64,000 nt of DNA from Phoronis australis (lineage: Eukaryota; Animalia; Phoronida). Shown piece after piece: positions 1 through 12,321 of the stretch (position 1 is its first letter; every line of letters begins with the position of its first letter). Below the pieces are notes generated by a model. It had not been told where the DNA came from and searched no databases. It saw only the letters and a list, made by a program, of their open reading frames with translations. Position numbers and translations under genes: made by a program. The stretch is from the NCBI GenBank assembly GCA_002633005.1, contig NMRA01000182.1, positions 603,768-667,767 of the forward strand, written 5' to 3'.

Positions 1-669
1 AGACCAGAGTATGACTGCCAGTGACCCCATGGCTACATTTATTCCCATCTCTTGCCCAGAGCTACAATATAGTGACGGGCAGCCATCTTCAGCCATGACA
101 TCATCTAGCTGTCCAACATCTCCCATTGTAAGTAGCAATTGTCTCGTTATGAAATCATTACGTACCACTGTCTGTTAAGAACTCGCCATACCCACAGTGC
201 TGTTCTTCCGCCACTGAGGGCAGTTTCCGAGGTAACTTAAGTTTGTAAAAATTGTTTATTATTGCTTCGTGATTCATAAATTTATCAAGAACCATGAGTG
301 CATTTGTGGCACTAATGTAGTTGCTGTGTAGTGCTTAATTGGTACAGAAACGGAAGTTGAGTAATTGTACAAGTATCAGAGAATCCACTTGTTGCTTTTC
401 TTTCTAGTGGCGCATTGTTTGTTGATAGTTTACCAAGGTTACAGCCTAGCTCACAGTGCTCTGGTATACGCAGGATTTGAATCCAGGGAACCTGCAACTC
501 CTGCAAGTCACACTATTAAATTATATCTTCCTAACCAAATAGTTAAAACCAATGTAACCACAGTTCATTGATACACTAGTCCTCAATGCTATCGCTTTCT
601 GATTCATCCCAGTTGGTGCCTCAGGATGCCATTGATTCTAACTAGATTTGACAGCTGTGCCACCTACTG

Positions 670-1250
670 GGTTACAAGACTCGCAAAGATAGGAGCAAGC
701 GTTCTGCATTTTGTGCCTGAACCTGCTATCCCGGTATCTTACGGATGTTGCAGGATGAGTATACGCAACTTGGTACATACCCAGTCAGCAGCCCAGTGGG
801 CATCACTTAACTCCTGCAGAGAGACCAAGGAGAATTTTCCCAACGTGATCGAACCAAAAGGTTCAAAAAGCCTTCTGAGTCTAGATAGATTGGGTATAAC
901 TGAGACACGTCATTCAAATTTCGACGGGCCACTGCAACCTAGCCCGACACAGACACGTTACTGGGCATATGGGGAGCCCTGTGTGTCCCGAGTGTGGTAC
1001 TGACGTAGAATCTCCTAAACACCTGGTAGAGTCTTGCCCAGCTTTTTATAGGCTAAGGAGCAACCTACTGGATGGCATTGTTACATGCCTACAACATATA
1101 GTGCATGGCAACAAATGGAAACGTCTGTCCGTTTTCCTAAAGGAGACTGGCAGACTTGAAAACTTTCTTCACGAGGATCCATAATTGGGGTCTCGTGCCT
1201 TTGCTCAGGTGTTTTGTGCAATGGGCCCAACCATGAGGCCTGTGCACGTC
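670..1250 (+). mobile_element. 5'-truncated, frameshifted 3' end of an RNase H-bearing non-LTR retrotransposon (LOA/Lian-like, I/R1 group)
   Basis: ORF 626-1003 gives LAKIGA...PEPAIPVSY...QW...CRETK, the post-RNase H region. ORF 969-1184 gives the CCHC knuckle CPECG...ESPKHLVESCPAF..LR and ends FLKETGRL, typical of the ORF2 C-terminus. A frameshift separates the two. Confidence 0.75.
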
Positions 1251-1680
1251 TGATGCACCGAAAATGACATCAGACCACCTGCACTGTTTTGTTTTTTTTT
1301 TTTTACTTGGTTACAAGTTTTGCAACTGCTGTTTTCACATAAAGTTAAAATGGTTGAACAACCACACTACAGTTACAACATTAGAAACTAATTTTAAGGT
1401 TTTCCAACCGAGACTTGTAACTTTTGAATTGTTTTTTAGAAGTCAACTGCTTCGCTGTTAACAGGGAAAATCGTTTTAATGGAGTTGGTTCACCTGCTGA
1501 CTGGCCTGTCATAAACTAATTATGTTACTCAGGTGTTTTAATTGAAATAGCAGCATTTTTATTTTGAAATCCAAGGCCATTTTTGTTTTCTTTGAATTCG
1601 TGGAGGAGGAAATAATACAAAACCATACCTCCCACTTGTGGCTTTTTGATTTTGGATGTTTTAGAGCACAATTATGGGAA

Positions 1681-4600
1681 ATATTGTGAGCCCTTTAATA
1701 AAGTCTCTCCAACAGGGCGTAATATGACCAACAGACATCAGTGGCTTTATCATTTTTCCAGTCAAATACACAAATTGAATGCTTTTCTGTGCTCAAGTTT
1801 TGTACCAAAGCTTAGCCATCAGATAATGTTTTGAAAAACTAGGGGCATTCACAACTATGTTAGAACCCCTGTAAAAATGAAAATAGGCAATTTTGGCAAT
1901 TTATTTTGTCCCAAATTGGTGAGATTTTACCGTATCCTGTCGAGATGCATGGCCTAGCTAGAGTTTATGGCTCTTTGCTGGTGCTTTGTGCATGATGAAC
2001 CATGGATAATGAGGTGCACGAATCTTCCTCTTGAATTTATCAGCTCTGTGTATTGGACATTCAGGATAACTAGACGTCTAATACTGCGCACTCAAACCTT
2101 GTGTCACGTAACAGCTCATGAGTGCATGTGTTTTCTGTTACAGAGTCCTGCCCCACGGCCTGACTCATCCTTCAGCAGTCAGCTCAGTAGCTCAGCTTTG
2201 GTCAGCAGTGGCTCAAGCCTGTCCTCAACAAAGTCCTTGAGGTCAAGACCAAAGGTACGTGCCTCTTGAATCCGAGATGCCATTCACTAAATGTGTAAAG
2301 ACAACCACAGCTGATTTTCTTGTAGAAAGCTCTAATTTAACCTTGTAACACTAACAATTTGATCGCGCATACACTAATCTCATGAATCTTTGATACTCAG
2401 AGGTCAGGTATTGAAAAGAGAAACGGTCATATAATAGAAAACAATTCGAAATTGAATCAATGAAACGTCAATGACCTTAGTTTTTGAAACCATATCAAGA
2501 AATTGGGACCTAACAGAGCATATTTGCTTTGGAGGTTTATGGTAACGAGTATGAAATTTTGACTGAGATTAATCAAGTTTGAAAAAAATGGCGCCACTGT
2601 CTTACCTCTCTTTTCAGCAAACAACTCTCAACTAAATAATTTTTGTAGTAATTTTTGTAATAATCTACTCACGAAAGTCACACTTTTTAAGGTAGCCCCA
2701 AGTGAAGAGTTTTTCATGTTCAAGTTCTGTACCACACTGAGTTACCACTGGACAATATTTTGACAAACTGGAGTCATTCACATTTGTTTAAAAACAGAGC
2801 CCTTGAAAAATGAAAAAAAGTAATCATGGGAATTCTTTTTGTTGTAACCTTGTAAGATTTTACTATAGTATTAATGATGCACTTCTGTGCGTGGTGGTGT
2901 CTCATCAAGTCTTCAGGCAGAACCAGAACGTTTTAAGGCAATTCTTGACAAGAAATCCACTGAAAACTAAATTCAGTTCAAATCTTAAACCTTGAATGAA
3001 TTCTATCCGAGCTGCATAGAATATTTATGATACTATGAAGGGTTTTCCATTGATGTACCACTCACACTGCAAGTTACCCTAGAACACTTGCCCTAGAGCA
3101 AGTTGCCCCTGTAATCTGCCGTGCGTCCACACTACACACTCTTCAGCATGCAACAAATGGTGCAAATATATAAAATATATTGCACCAAATTATTGCAGTA
3201 CTATGTTCAAAGTTTATGTGATATCTGCCATCACACAAACTGCTGAAAACTTCTGGGCACTTACTGCAATGTAAGACCACCTTGAAAATGTCCACACGCC
3301 CGAGTTGCTCTAGAACAACGTTACTTCTAGAGTGAGTTGGTAGTGAGGTTATAGTTTGTGTTACTTCTATTGTCTTACCTTATTGAGGTACGGCAACTTG
3401 TTCTAATTACAGTTTTGACATAAAACTGCAGACAGGACAAATACCAGGTGCTCAATTATTTACACAGTGTTTGCTCTACTCTGGGCTCCTGTGGGCCAAC
3501 TTCCAAAGCTTGTGGGCTCCATTTCAATTTCTTGGCATCCACGAAAACTGTCTAGAAATCATTACGCTAGCATGGAATAACGCAAAATGTATATTGGGGA
3601 AAATTAAGCATATCTGTAGGTTGGTTATCAATGGAAAATACGCTAAAATTACCAAGAAATGAAATGGGGATTTTTTTCATTTAGTTTTAGTTCTTACAAA
3701 AATCACATATAAAGTGGTGCACCCTTAAAGTCAATGTTTGTCTTATTTAGCTTGGTCAAGTCAAACAAGACAGTCTCCGGCCAACACTGAATACTTACTG
3801 GTGTCTTGTTTTTGTGCAATGTTAAGGTGTCACTTGGGTGTCAGGTGGGAATGCCCAGCTGATTGATTGCTAGATATTCTGGTGGCAAGATGTTCGAGGG
3901 TTACTCATAGTAAGAACATGACTTGTAGAGAATGTTCAGTGTTACAATGTTTACACTACAACTTCTGAGTTTAATAAATTACATTGTAACTAGAATAAAC
4001 ATGGTATCTTATGGTCATCGTTCGTATTTTGGTAGAGTGGCAATCGACTGTCATGTGACTTGGCGTCATCCAATGGCATCACTCCAGCTCACATTAAAGA
4101 GGCCGTTCGACGGTACAATACTCTCCTGTCTCCATTCATTCTGTATGCTGTAAGTATTGAAATAATAGAGTCTGGAAGATTTCACTAACTAGATGTCATT
4201 TGTTGTATGTCATGCCAGTCATGTTTTATTCAGTGTTGCTTTTTGCTTTTAGGAACAAGTGTTCTGCTGAAAAGTTTTTATAAATATCGAACTAAATTTA
4301 GAGACCACAGGGGAATTCTCTCAATTGTTAGGAAGAGCAATTAAGTCAATCAAATGTGCAGTCTATTTCTTTAAGATCTAGTCGAGGCAAGAACTGGATC
4401 AGTGTCTCTTTGCATGCAACCTGGTCAAGAAAATGTTGAAGTAACTGATCACACAAAAACGTACTCTTGCATGATTTTTTTCCCAATGAAATGTATTAAT
4501 GCATGGAATTCCCCAAAAACTGATTTTGCTCAAATCAAGGTACCAAAAGTCATATTTTATTATAACTTTAAAAATCTCAGCAATTAAGGACACGACATTG

Positions 4601-5340
4601 CCACACCTCAAATTTTATTTTACCATTGGTTCATATAAGACATTTTGCATCAAATTCATACTTTGTCATGTTCAAGTTGTGTATGATATCAACCACTACA
4701 AACAAAAACCTTTGAGCTCTCACAACAATGTAAGAAGACTTCTGAAAAATGGGAAAGGAGCAATTTTGACAATTATTTTTATCCGGAATCGGTGAGATTT
4801 CAACATACTAAATTTTCACGTTGTTAAACTGTGCTTTTAAAATTCTTTTTGATCGGAAATACACATGTGCCTGAAAATAATGACCAGTCTTCTAATTGCC
4901 ATAACTTCATTTCAAATATGAAAATTTCCGCACAAAACTTAAAATTCTAATTATTCCATTAGTTTCTGTGTTTTTCTTTGAAGGCACATTTCTGCTGAGA
5001 AAACGACTGTCAAAAATAGAGACTTTAAAGCTATGATCATAAACCCTATCTTGGTTTTAAAAACATCAACTTTCTTGTCAGGCGTATTTGCTCCTCCAAG
5101 GCATAATGTCATTCTGTTCTTATCCTTTGTTTGACTAGAAATTTGTTGATAATAAATCACCTGCAATATACCTGACAGTCACACTGCCTTAAGTGTTGTC
5201 TGCACATGGACTTACATTAGAACAAGTTACTCATAAAAAAGTTGTCGCTAGGTTCGGCGGCTGTCTGGACGCTGTTTTAAATTAATGCAGCTTACTCTTT
5301 TTGTAACAACTTACTCCACCTTATCGAGGTAGAGTAACTA
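1681..5340. repeat. Segmental duplication copy A (5' part), homologous to 51598-55155
   Basis: Colinear near-identical sequence from atattgtgag...tttaataaagtctctccaac onward. The ORF track repeats the same peptides (1967 vs 51890, 2810 vs 52731, 4951 vs 54725). Confidence 0.95.
2144..2254 (+). CDS. Putative Ser-rich penultimate exon of an unidentified gene (SPAPRPDSSFSSQLSSSALVSSGSSLSSTKSLRSRPK)
   Basis: Acceptor ttttctgttacAG and donor AAG|gtacgt, 111 nt, phase 0/0, open frame, GC-richer than flanks. Splice sites are kept in the copy at 52067-52177. Confidence 0.45.
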
Positions 5341-5570
5341 CCGTAATCGTTCGGGTTAACGCCCATGCTCAGTTAACCGCCCATCCCCGACTTTAAGTGG
5401 ATTTTCGATTTAACCGCCCACTGCTCGGTTAAGCGCCCCCCTGCGATTTTTGAAGATTTCCAGTTAAGCGCCCACCTCTCGGTTAAGCGCCCATCCCCGA
5501 CTTTGAAAGAATGAAGATTTAGCGCCTGGTGCTAAGGAAACGCGCGATTCCCCGACTTTTAGAAAAAGAT
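5341..5570. mobile_element. Left arm of a Tc1/mariner (pogo-like) MITE
   Basis: TA target at 5339-5340, then a 24-bp TIR CCGTAATCGTTCGGGTTAACGCCC and internal (G)TTAA(C/G)CGCCC subrepeats. Cut by the N at 5571. Confidence 0.85.
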
Positions 5571-7904
5571 NGAAGTAACTGATCAGACAAAAACATACTT
5601 TTGTATGATTTCTGGTGTCTTCATAAATCACAGTGAAATGTATTAATGCATGAAAGGCCCCAAAAACTGATTTTGCTAAAATCAAGGTACCAAAAGTCAT
5701 ATTTTATGATAACTTTAAAAATCTCAGCAATTAAGGACATGACATTGCCTCACCTCTAATTTTATTTTACCATTGTTCATATAATATAAATATCACCAAA
5801 TTCATACTTTGTCATGTTCAAGTTGTGTATGATATCAACCATGTACAAACAAAAACCTTTGGGCACTCACAAGAATGTAAGAAGACTTCTGAAAAATGGG
5901 AAAGGAGCAATTTTGGCAATTATTTTTGTCCGGAATCGGTGAGATTTCAACATACTAAATTTTCACGTTGTTAAACTGTGTGCTTTTAAAATTCGTTTTG
6001 ATCGGAAATACACATGTGCCTGAAAATAACGACCAGTCTTCTGATTGCCATAACTTCATTTCAAGTATGAAAATTTCTGCACAAAACTTAAAATTCTATT
6101 TATTCCATTAGTTTCTGGGTTTTTCTTTGAAGGCTCATTTCTGCTGAGAAAACGATTGTCAAAAAATAGAGACTTTAAAGCTATGAACACAAACCCTATT
6201 TTGGTTTTAAAAACATCAACTTTCTTCGCTGGCGTATTTGCTCCTCCAAGGCATAATGTCATTCTGTTCTTATCCTTTGTTTGACTAGAAATTTGTTGAT
6301 AATAAATCACCTGCAATATACCTGATAGTCACACTGCCATAAGTGTTGTCTGCACACAGACTTACATTAGAACAAGTTACTCATAGAAAAAGTTGTCGCT
6401 AGGTTCAGCAAGCCGCCTGGACGCTGTTTTAAATTAATGCAACTTACTCTTTTTGTAACAACTTACTCCACCTTATCAAGGTAGGGTAACTAATATTCTG
6501 GGGTAACTTGCACTACTTCTAAACATTGTGTAGTCACAAAACTGGGGCAAGGTGGAAGTAATCATCAGCTGTTCATTGTCATGCAACAACTTCCACTGAG
6601 TGTGTGGACACTCCACTTACTGAGTGGGGCAAGTTGCATTAGTGCAAGTTGTTCTAAGGTAAGTCTCTTACACCACTGAAATCAAGCCACCATGACCAGC
6701 AACTTATAATGGTTCTCACAGTTGAGCCATTGATAAACTGTCAAGCCCCAAACTATTTCCAATCAGAGTAAGAACAAGATGAGGCAGCTTTGATAACAGT
6801 AAATGACGTAAATCAAAAGTTGTTTTTTACAGAAAGCACAGCTAGGATTATTGTACTTTTAAAATTTTCATCTTATTAAAAGCCTCAAGTGAAAACCTCA
6901 GATCTATCTGTAGCTTTCGGAATGAATGAACAAAATATTTTATGTGTCTAGCAGTTAGGGCGATCTCTTTTTAGAAAAAAAACAGTGATGTGACTAGAAA
7001 CAAACATGCATTGTTTTCCTTCACGTAACATATTTTTGTGACGGATTTAAAAATATCATTTTGTGTAAGGGCAAGCATTTACTTTAGGTGACTCTAACAT
7101 TCAAGGTGTAGATCTCAAGTTGTTTCAATTTCGCCTGTTGTTTATACAGAAGATGTTTATGGTGTTATTTTATGTTAATGTCAAGAGTGGGTGTAGTGTA
7201 AGGTGTAGTGATAATATAAATATTTTTTACCAGTGTTGGGCGTCTTAATCTTTGTATTCCAAATCAAGCTTGAAATTACATTTGACATTTTGCGTTCTAC
7301 TTGAGTGCAAACTCAAGATAAGTCTCTGTTATTCTGTCCTTGAGTGCCTTATGGTTTATGTAAATGAGCGTCCAGTTCAAGTTTGCACTTGATGACCCCT
7401 AGATTTGAGCCACAGGTAATGAAAATTTTAAAATTCATGTCAAAACTCAAGATTTCGAGTTCAGACTGATAGCTTTAATGTTGGAGTGATCAAGTACAAC
7501 TTGAATTAGACGGTCATCCACGTTATTCATTATGTACTCGAGCTCAGAATACTAAGATAAGAGAGAGTACTTCTTTTATGAAAAGTGTTGACTAGTCGTA
7601 CATTTATTAATTTCCTGGTCTGTTGTTCAATCTCTGTGCAGTCACAAAGTCTGTGACACTTCTCCACAGTAAAAATTACTCATGCACGGAGCAGCAGCTT
7701 TAAAGATTAGTCTAAGTGTGGCTATAGTGAACTTAGTCTAAGTGTGGTTATAGTGAACTTAGTCTACTGCTCTAATCAGAAGTGGGGATAAAATGCCACG
7801 GAAGAGTCTAAAGAAGTGTATTACTTGAAATCATGAGTCAAACTTTGTCTGTTGCTTAACAAAACAATTATTTTGAATTTAAAATTTGTTGTTAACGATT
7901 TCAG

Positions 7905-7949
7905 AAACAGCCAATAGGTGGTGCCAGACCTCGTCTTTTCTGCTGCTAA
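7905..7949 (+). CDS. Putative terminal coding exon KQPIGGARPRLFCC* of the unidentified gene (copy A')
   Basis: Acceptor gatttcAG, phase 0 matching exon 2144-2254, then stop, ~1 kb AT-rich tail and AATAAA at 8986-8991. Confidence 0.4.
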   Translation, partial: KQPIGGARPRLFCC

Positions 7950-9594
7950 TGAAGACCAAACATACAGAACCAGTCACCAAAATACATTGTGTGTTCAAGA
8001 GTTTAAAGTTAGCATAATTTACTCTTTGAAAGTGATATTTTGTTACAATCCTTCCACTGCCTTCACAAAAATTACCTTATTTACGTTATCAAATTGGGCT
8101 CAAAATTTTCATTCCTGTGGCATGCATGACGAACCTAGTCCTGGTAAAAGTCAACCGCCCGATGATGCCGGAGTTTGCTAATGCGAACAGTGGCACTGAA
8201 TTCAGTTCAGCTGCTTGGGTTGCTTGGTCACCTATGTAACCCTTTATGATACCTCATTATGTAGTAAAACTGTGTGTGCCTGTTAGCAGCCCACCCTCAG
8301 ATGGCTCTCTATTGTGTTGGCAAGGAATGGGGTAATTGGATTTTGGCTTGAATTTTCACCTGTCTGTACTAAGTCCCTCATGGGTACTGTCTGAATTGAA
8401 TGGACTTAACTATGTAATGTCAGGAGTGCACTCCTTTCAGAGGAGATAATAACTTTTGATCCTTTTTACTTCCTGATGCCCTAGATCATGTGTTTGAGTG
8501 TGTAATATTTTCTGTCATTGTGTAGAGCATGGTTGAGTAACTTGATAATAGTATTATTTGCAATATGGAGGGTGACTTAGAAGGAAATTGTTGTTTCTTC
8601 TTAAGGTTTGTCATGCATTGGTAGTCTGGTAAGGGACTACTTGCTGTTGATGTATATGCACAACTATTTTTGAATACTCAGGAAGGAATGATGAGCAAAT
8701 AATTGCCACATTTTGATAGTTTGCAGTGTGTACCAAGACCTTCGGGTTTAGTACTTAGTACTTAAGTGGTCGCTTTTGTCATTCTGCCACGACATCTAAA
8801 TTTGTAAATATTACATTAATAAAAAAATCTAAATTTGAATCACTCATGAGAACTCCGATACCTTACTCCTAAAATTCGTACATGCTCTCTAGCGCCACAA
8901 TTAACTATCCAGTCTGTAACGCACCTGACAATGTAACATCTTATGTATATTACACTTTAGGCCTATGGCCATATGTATATATTTCAATAAAGAAACTTAA
9001 AATAATTAGCAACTTTTATATCGTTAAAACTGAGGTGGATCAGTGGCTGTGCCTTCACTGTGATTGAGTTACCCTAGGACAAGTCAGTCCTGGAACAAGT
9101 TGTGGCTATTTGCTATTAGACAACTTGAGGCTATTTTCTATTGGACAACTTGACGCATGTGACAGTATTTCCCACCTTATTGAAGTTGAGTGCTAGGAAC
9201 CGGTTCCTAGGAGAAAGTAACAAGCTGAGACCCATTTCGGTTTGTGGTCTAAAGCCTTCATGATGGTGTTTGCGCCCTAGTGTATATTTACACCCTAGTG
9301 CATATTTATGTCCCACTATGATTGCAAAAGTCATTTGAAAAAAAATTAACGTTGAGACCAGGAAGTGAACAATGATATTAGAGCAAAATTTGTTCAGTGA
9401 TAGGAATAGTAATGCGGGAGAACGCCTCAGTGCATGTGGTGAAGGTCCATGTGTCTGGCCCTGAGTCGGATATAGCGTGCACGTTCGTGTTTTTTCGGGC
9501 TGGTTAGCTGTTTTGAAGGAGCGGAAGTCGACTCCGAGACAAAGATTTTACAGTCCTGGATATCTGTTTTACACCGGGGTTTCTAGCTGTTTCG

Positions 9595-9726
9595 ATGGAA
9601 CATCCAGGTATTTTAAGAACCAGTTTGATGCCCGTTATTCAGTGGAGAAATCTGGTTCTCAAAAATACAATCGTACTTCACGACCGGGAGTGCGGATTAC
9701 GGGAATTTGATCCCGAGTGGTTGCTT
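9595..9726 (+). CDS. Possible first coding exon of a downstream gene (MEHPGILRTSLMPVIQWRNLVLKNTIVLHDRECGLREFDPEWLL)
   Basis: ATG to a phase-0 donor CTT|gtaagc with no stops, in a CpG-rich stretch with a CGGAAGT (ETS-type) motif upstream. Identical in the copy at 13978-14109. Confidence 0.3.
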
Positions 9727-9796
9727 GTAAGCCTACTTTATTAGTTTTGCTTGGCTGTGGGGGGGGGGTAATGCTCGAAATAATTAACATTGTGAT

Positions 9797-9960
9797 GAAA
9801 AACTTAAGTTTTTGGCGAAAAACGTAAGTTTTAATAACTTAAGTTTCTTTTAAAAACTTAAGTTTTTCGGAAGAACTTAAGTTTTACCTCTAAAATTTAA
9901 GTTATTTTCCAAAAACTTAAGTTTTTTCGCCAAAAACTTAAGTTTCAGCGAAAAACTTAA
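9797..9960. repeat. Minisatellite with palindromic core AAAACTTAAGTTTT (~20-bp period) running into an assembly gap
   Basis: About 8-9 degenerate copies seen directly. Confidence 0.9.
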
Positions 9961-10673
9961 NNNNNNNNNNNNNNNNNNNNNNNNNNNNNNNNNNNNNNNN
10001 NNNNNNNNNNNNNNNNNNNNNNNNNNNNNNNNNNNNNNNNNNNNNNNNNNNNNNNNNNNNNNNNNNNNNNNNNNNNNNNNNNNNNNNNNNNNNNNNNNNN
10101 NNNNNNNNNNNNNNNNNNNNNNNNNNNNNNNNNNNNNNNNNNNNNNNNNNNNNNNNNNNNNNNNNNNNNNNNNNNNNNNNNNNNNNNNNNNNNNNNNNNN
10201 NNNNNNNNNNNNNNNNNNNNNNNNNNNNNNNNNNNNNNNNNNNNNNNNNNNNNNNNNNNNNNNNNNNNNNNNNNNNNNNNNNNNNNNNNNNNNNNNNNNN
10301 NNNNNNNNNNNNNNNNNNNNNNNNNNNNNNNNNNNNNNNNNNNNNNNNNNNNNNNNNNNNNNNNNNNNNNNNNNNNNNNNNNNNNNNNNNNNNNNNNNNN
10401 NNNNNNNNNNNNNNNNNNNNNNNNNNNNNNNNNNNNNNNNNNNNNNNNNNNNNNNNNNNNNNNNNNNNNNNNNNNNNNNNNNNNNNNNNNNNNNNNNNNN
10501 NNNNNNNNNNNNNNNNNNNNNNNNNNNNNNNNNNNNNNNNNNNNNNNNNNNNNNNNNNNNNNNNNNNNNNNNNNNNNNNNNNNNNNNNNNNNNNNNNNNN
10601 NNNNNNNNNNNNNNNNNNNNNNNNNNNNNNNNNNNNNNNNNNNNNNNNNNNNNNNNNNNNNNNNNNNNNNNNN
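9961..10673. other. Assembly gap (N run)
   Basis: Run of n. Confidence 1.
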
Positions 10674-10822
10674 TGTAATAAGCGCCCATGTTCGGTTAAC
10701 CGCCCATCCCCTACTTTAGGTGGATTTTCGATTTAACCGCCCACTGCTCAGTTAACCGCCCTCCCCCGATTTTTTGCATTCGCCAATTTAACCGCCCAGG
10801 GCGTTAACCCGAACGATTACGG
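10674..10822. mobile_element. Right arm of the same Tc1/mariner MITE
   Basis: 10799-10822 is the exact reverse complement of 5341-5364. It is followed by TA (10823-10824), then the host sequence atattctgggg resumes. Confidence 0.85.
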
Positions 10823-12276
10823 TAATATTCTGGGGTAACTTCTAAACATTGTGAAGCCACAAACCTGGGGCAAGGCGGAAGTAATTATCAGCTGTTCATT
10901 GTCATGCAACAACTTCCACTGAGTGTGTGGACGCTCTACTTACTGAGTGGGGCAAGTTGCATTAGTGCAAGTTGTTCAAAGGAAAGTCTCTTACACCACT
11001 GAAATCAAGCCACCATGGTTCTCACAGTTGAGGCATTGATAAACTGTCAAGCCCCAAACCATTTTCAATCAGAGTAAGAACAAGATGAGGCAGCTTTGAT
11101 AACAGTAAGTGATGTAAATCAAAAGTTGTTTTTTACAAAAAGCACAGCTAGGATTATTGTACTTTTAAAATTTTCATCTTATTAAAAGCCTCAAGTGAAA
11201 ACCTCAGATCTATCTGTAGCTTGTGGAATGAATGAACAAAACATTTTATGTGTCTAGCAGTTAGGGCGATCTCTTTTTGGAAAAAACACAGTGATGTGAC
11301 TACAAACAAACATGCATTGTTATCCTTCACGTAACATATTTTTGTGATGGATTTAAAAATATCATTTTGTGTAAGGGCAAGCAGTTACTTTAGGTGACTC
11401 TAACATTCAAGGTGTAGATCTCAAGTTATTTCAATTTCGCCTGTTGTTAATACAGAAGATGTATATGGGGTTATTTCATGTTAATGTCAAGAGTGTGTGT
11501 AGTGTAAGGTGTAGTGATAATATAAATGTTTTTTACCAGGGTTGGGAGTCTTTCAATCAAGCTTGAAATTACATTTGACATTTTGCGTTCTACTTGAGTG
11601 CAAACTCCAGATAAGTCTCTGTTTAGTATTCTGTCCTTGAGTGTCTTATGGTTTATGTAAATGAGCGTCTAGTTCAAGTTTGCGCTTGGTGACCCCTAGA
11701 TTTAAGCCACAGGTAATGAAAATTTTAAAATTCATGTAAAAACTCAAGATTTTGAGTTCAGACTGATAGCTTTAATGTTGGAGTGATCAAGTGCAACTTG
11801 AATGAGACAGTCATCCACGTCATTCATTATGTACTCGAGCTCAGAATACTAAGATAAGAGAGAGTACTTCTTTTATGAAAAGTGTTGACTTTAGTCGTAC
11901 ATTTATTAATTTCCTGGTCTGTTGTTCAATCTCTGTGCAGTCACAAAGTCTGTTGTTCAATCTCTGTGCAGTCACAAAGTCTGTTGTTCAATCTCTGTGC
12001 AGTCACAAAGTCGGTGACACTTCTCCACAGTAAAAATTACTCATGCACGGAGCAGCAGCTTTAAAGATTAGTCTAAGTGTAGTTATAGTGAACTTAATCT
12101 AAGTGTGGTTATACTTAGTCCACTGCTCTAATAGAAGATGAGTATAATCAGAAGTGGGGATAAAATGCCACGGAAGAGTCTAAAGAAGTGTATTACTTGA
12201 AGTCATGAGTCAAACTTTGTCTGTTGCTTAAAAAAACAATTATTTTGAATTTAAAATTTGTTGTTAACGATTTCAG

Positions 12277-12321
12277 AAACAGCCAATAGGTGGTGCCAGA
12301 CCTCGTCTTTTCTGCTGCTAA
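12277..12321 (+). CDS. Putative terminal exon KQPIGGARPRLFCC* (copy B)
   Basis: Same acceptor, frame and stop as 7905-7949. Confidence 0.4.
   Translation, partial: KQPIGGARPRLFCC

Larger units (their letters stand above)
5572..9745. repeat. Duplication copy A' (repeats 4438-5340 plus 10823-14127, without the MITE)
   Basis: Directly alignable by eye. Empty TA site at 6491-6492. Bounded by an N at 5571 and by the minisatellite plus gap at 9961. Confidence 0.95.

Noticed and set aside
9797-9960. CRISPR-like repeat/spacer pattern
   Set aside because: Spacers are only 4-7 nt, the context is eukaryotic and there are no cas genes.
9877-10689. Long ORFs in the track (also 57331-58227)
   Set aside because: They are artefacts of translating N runs.
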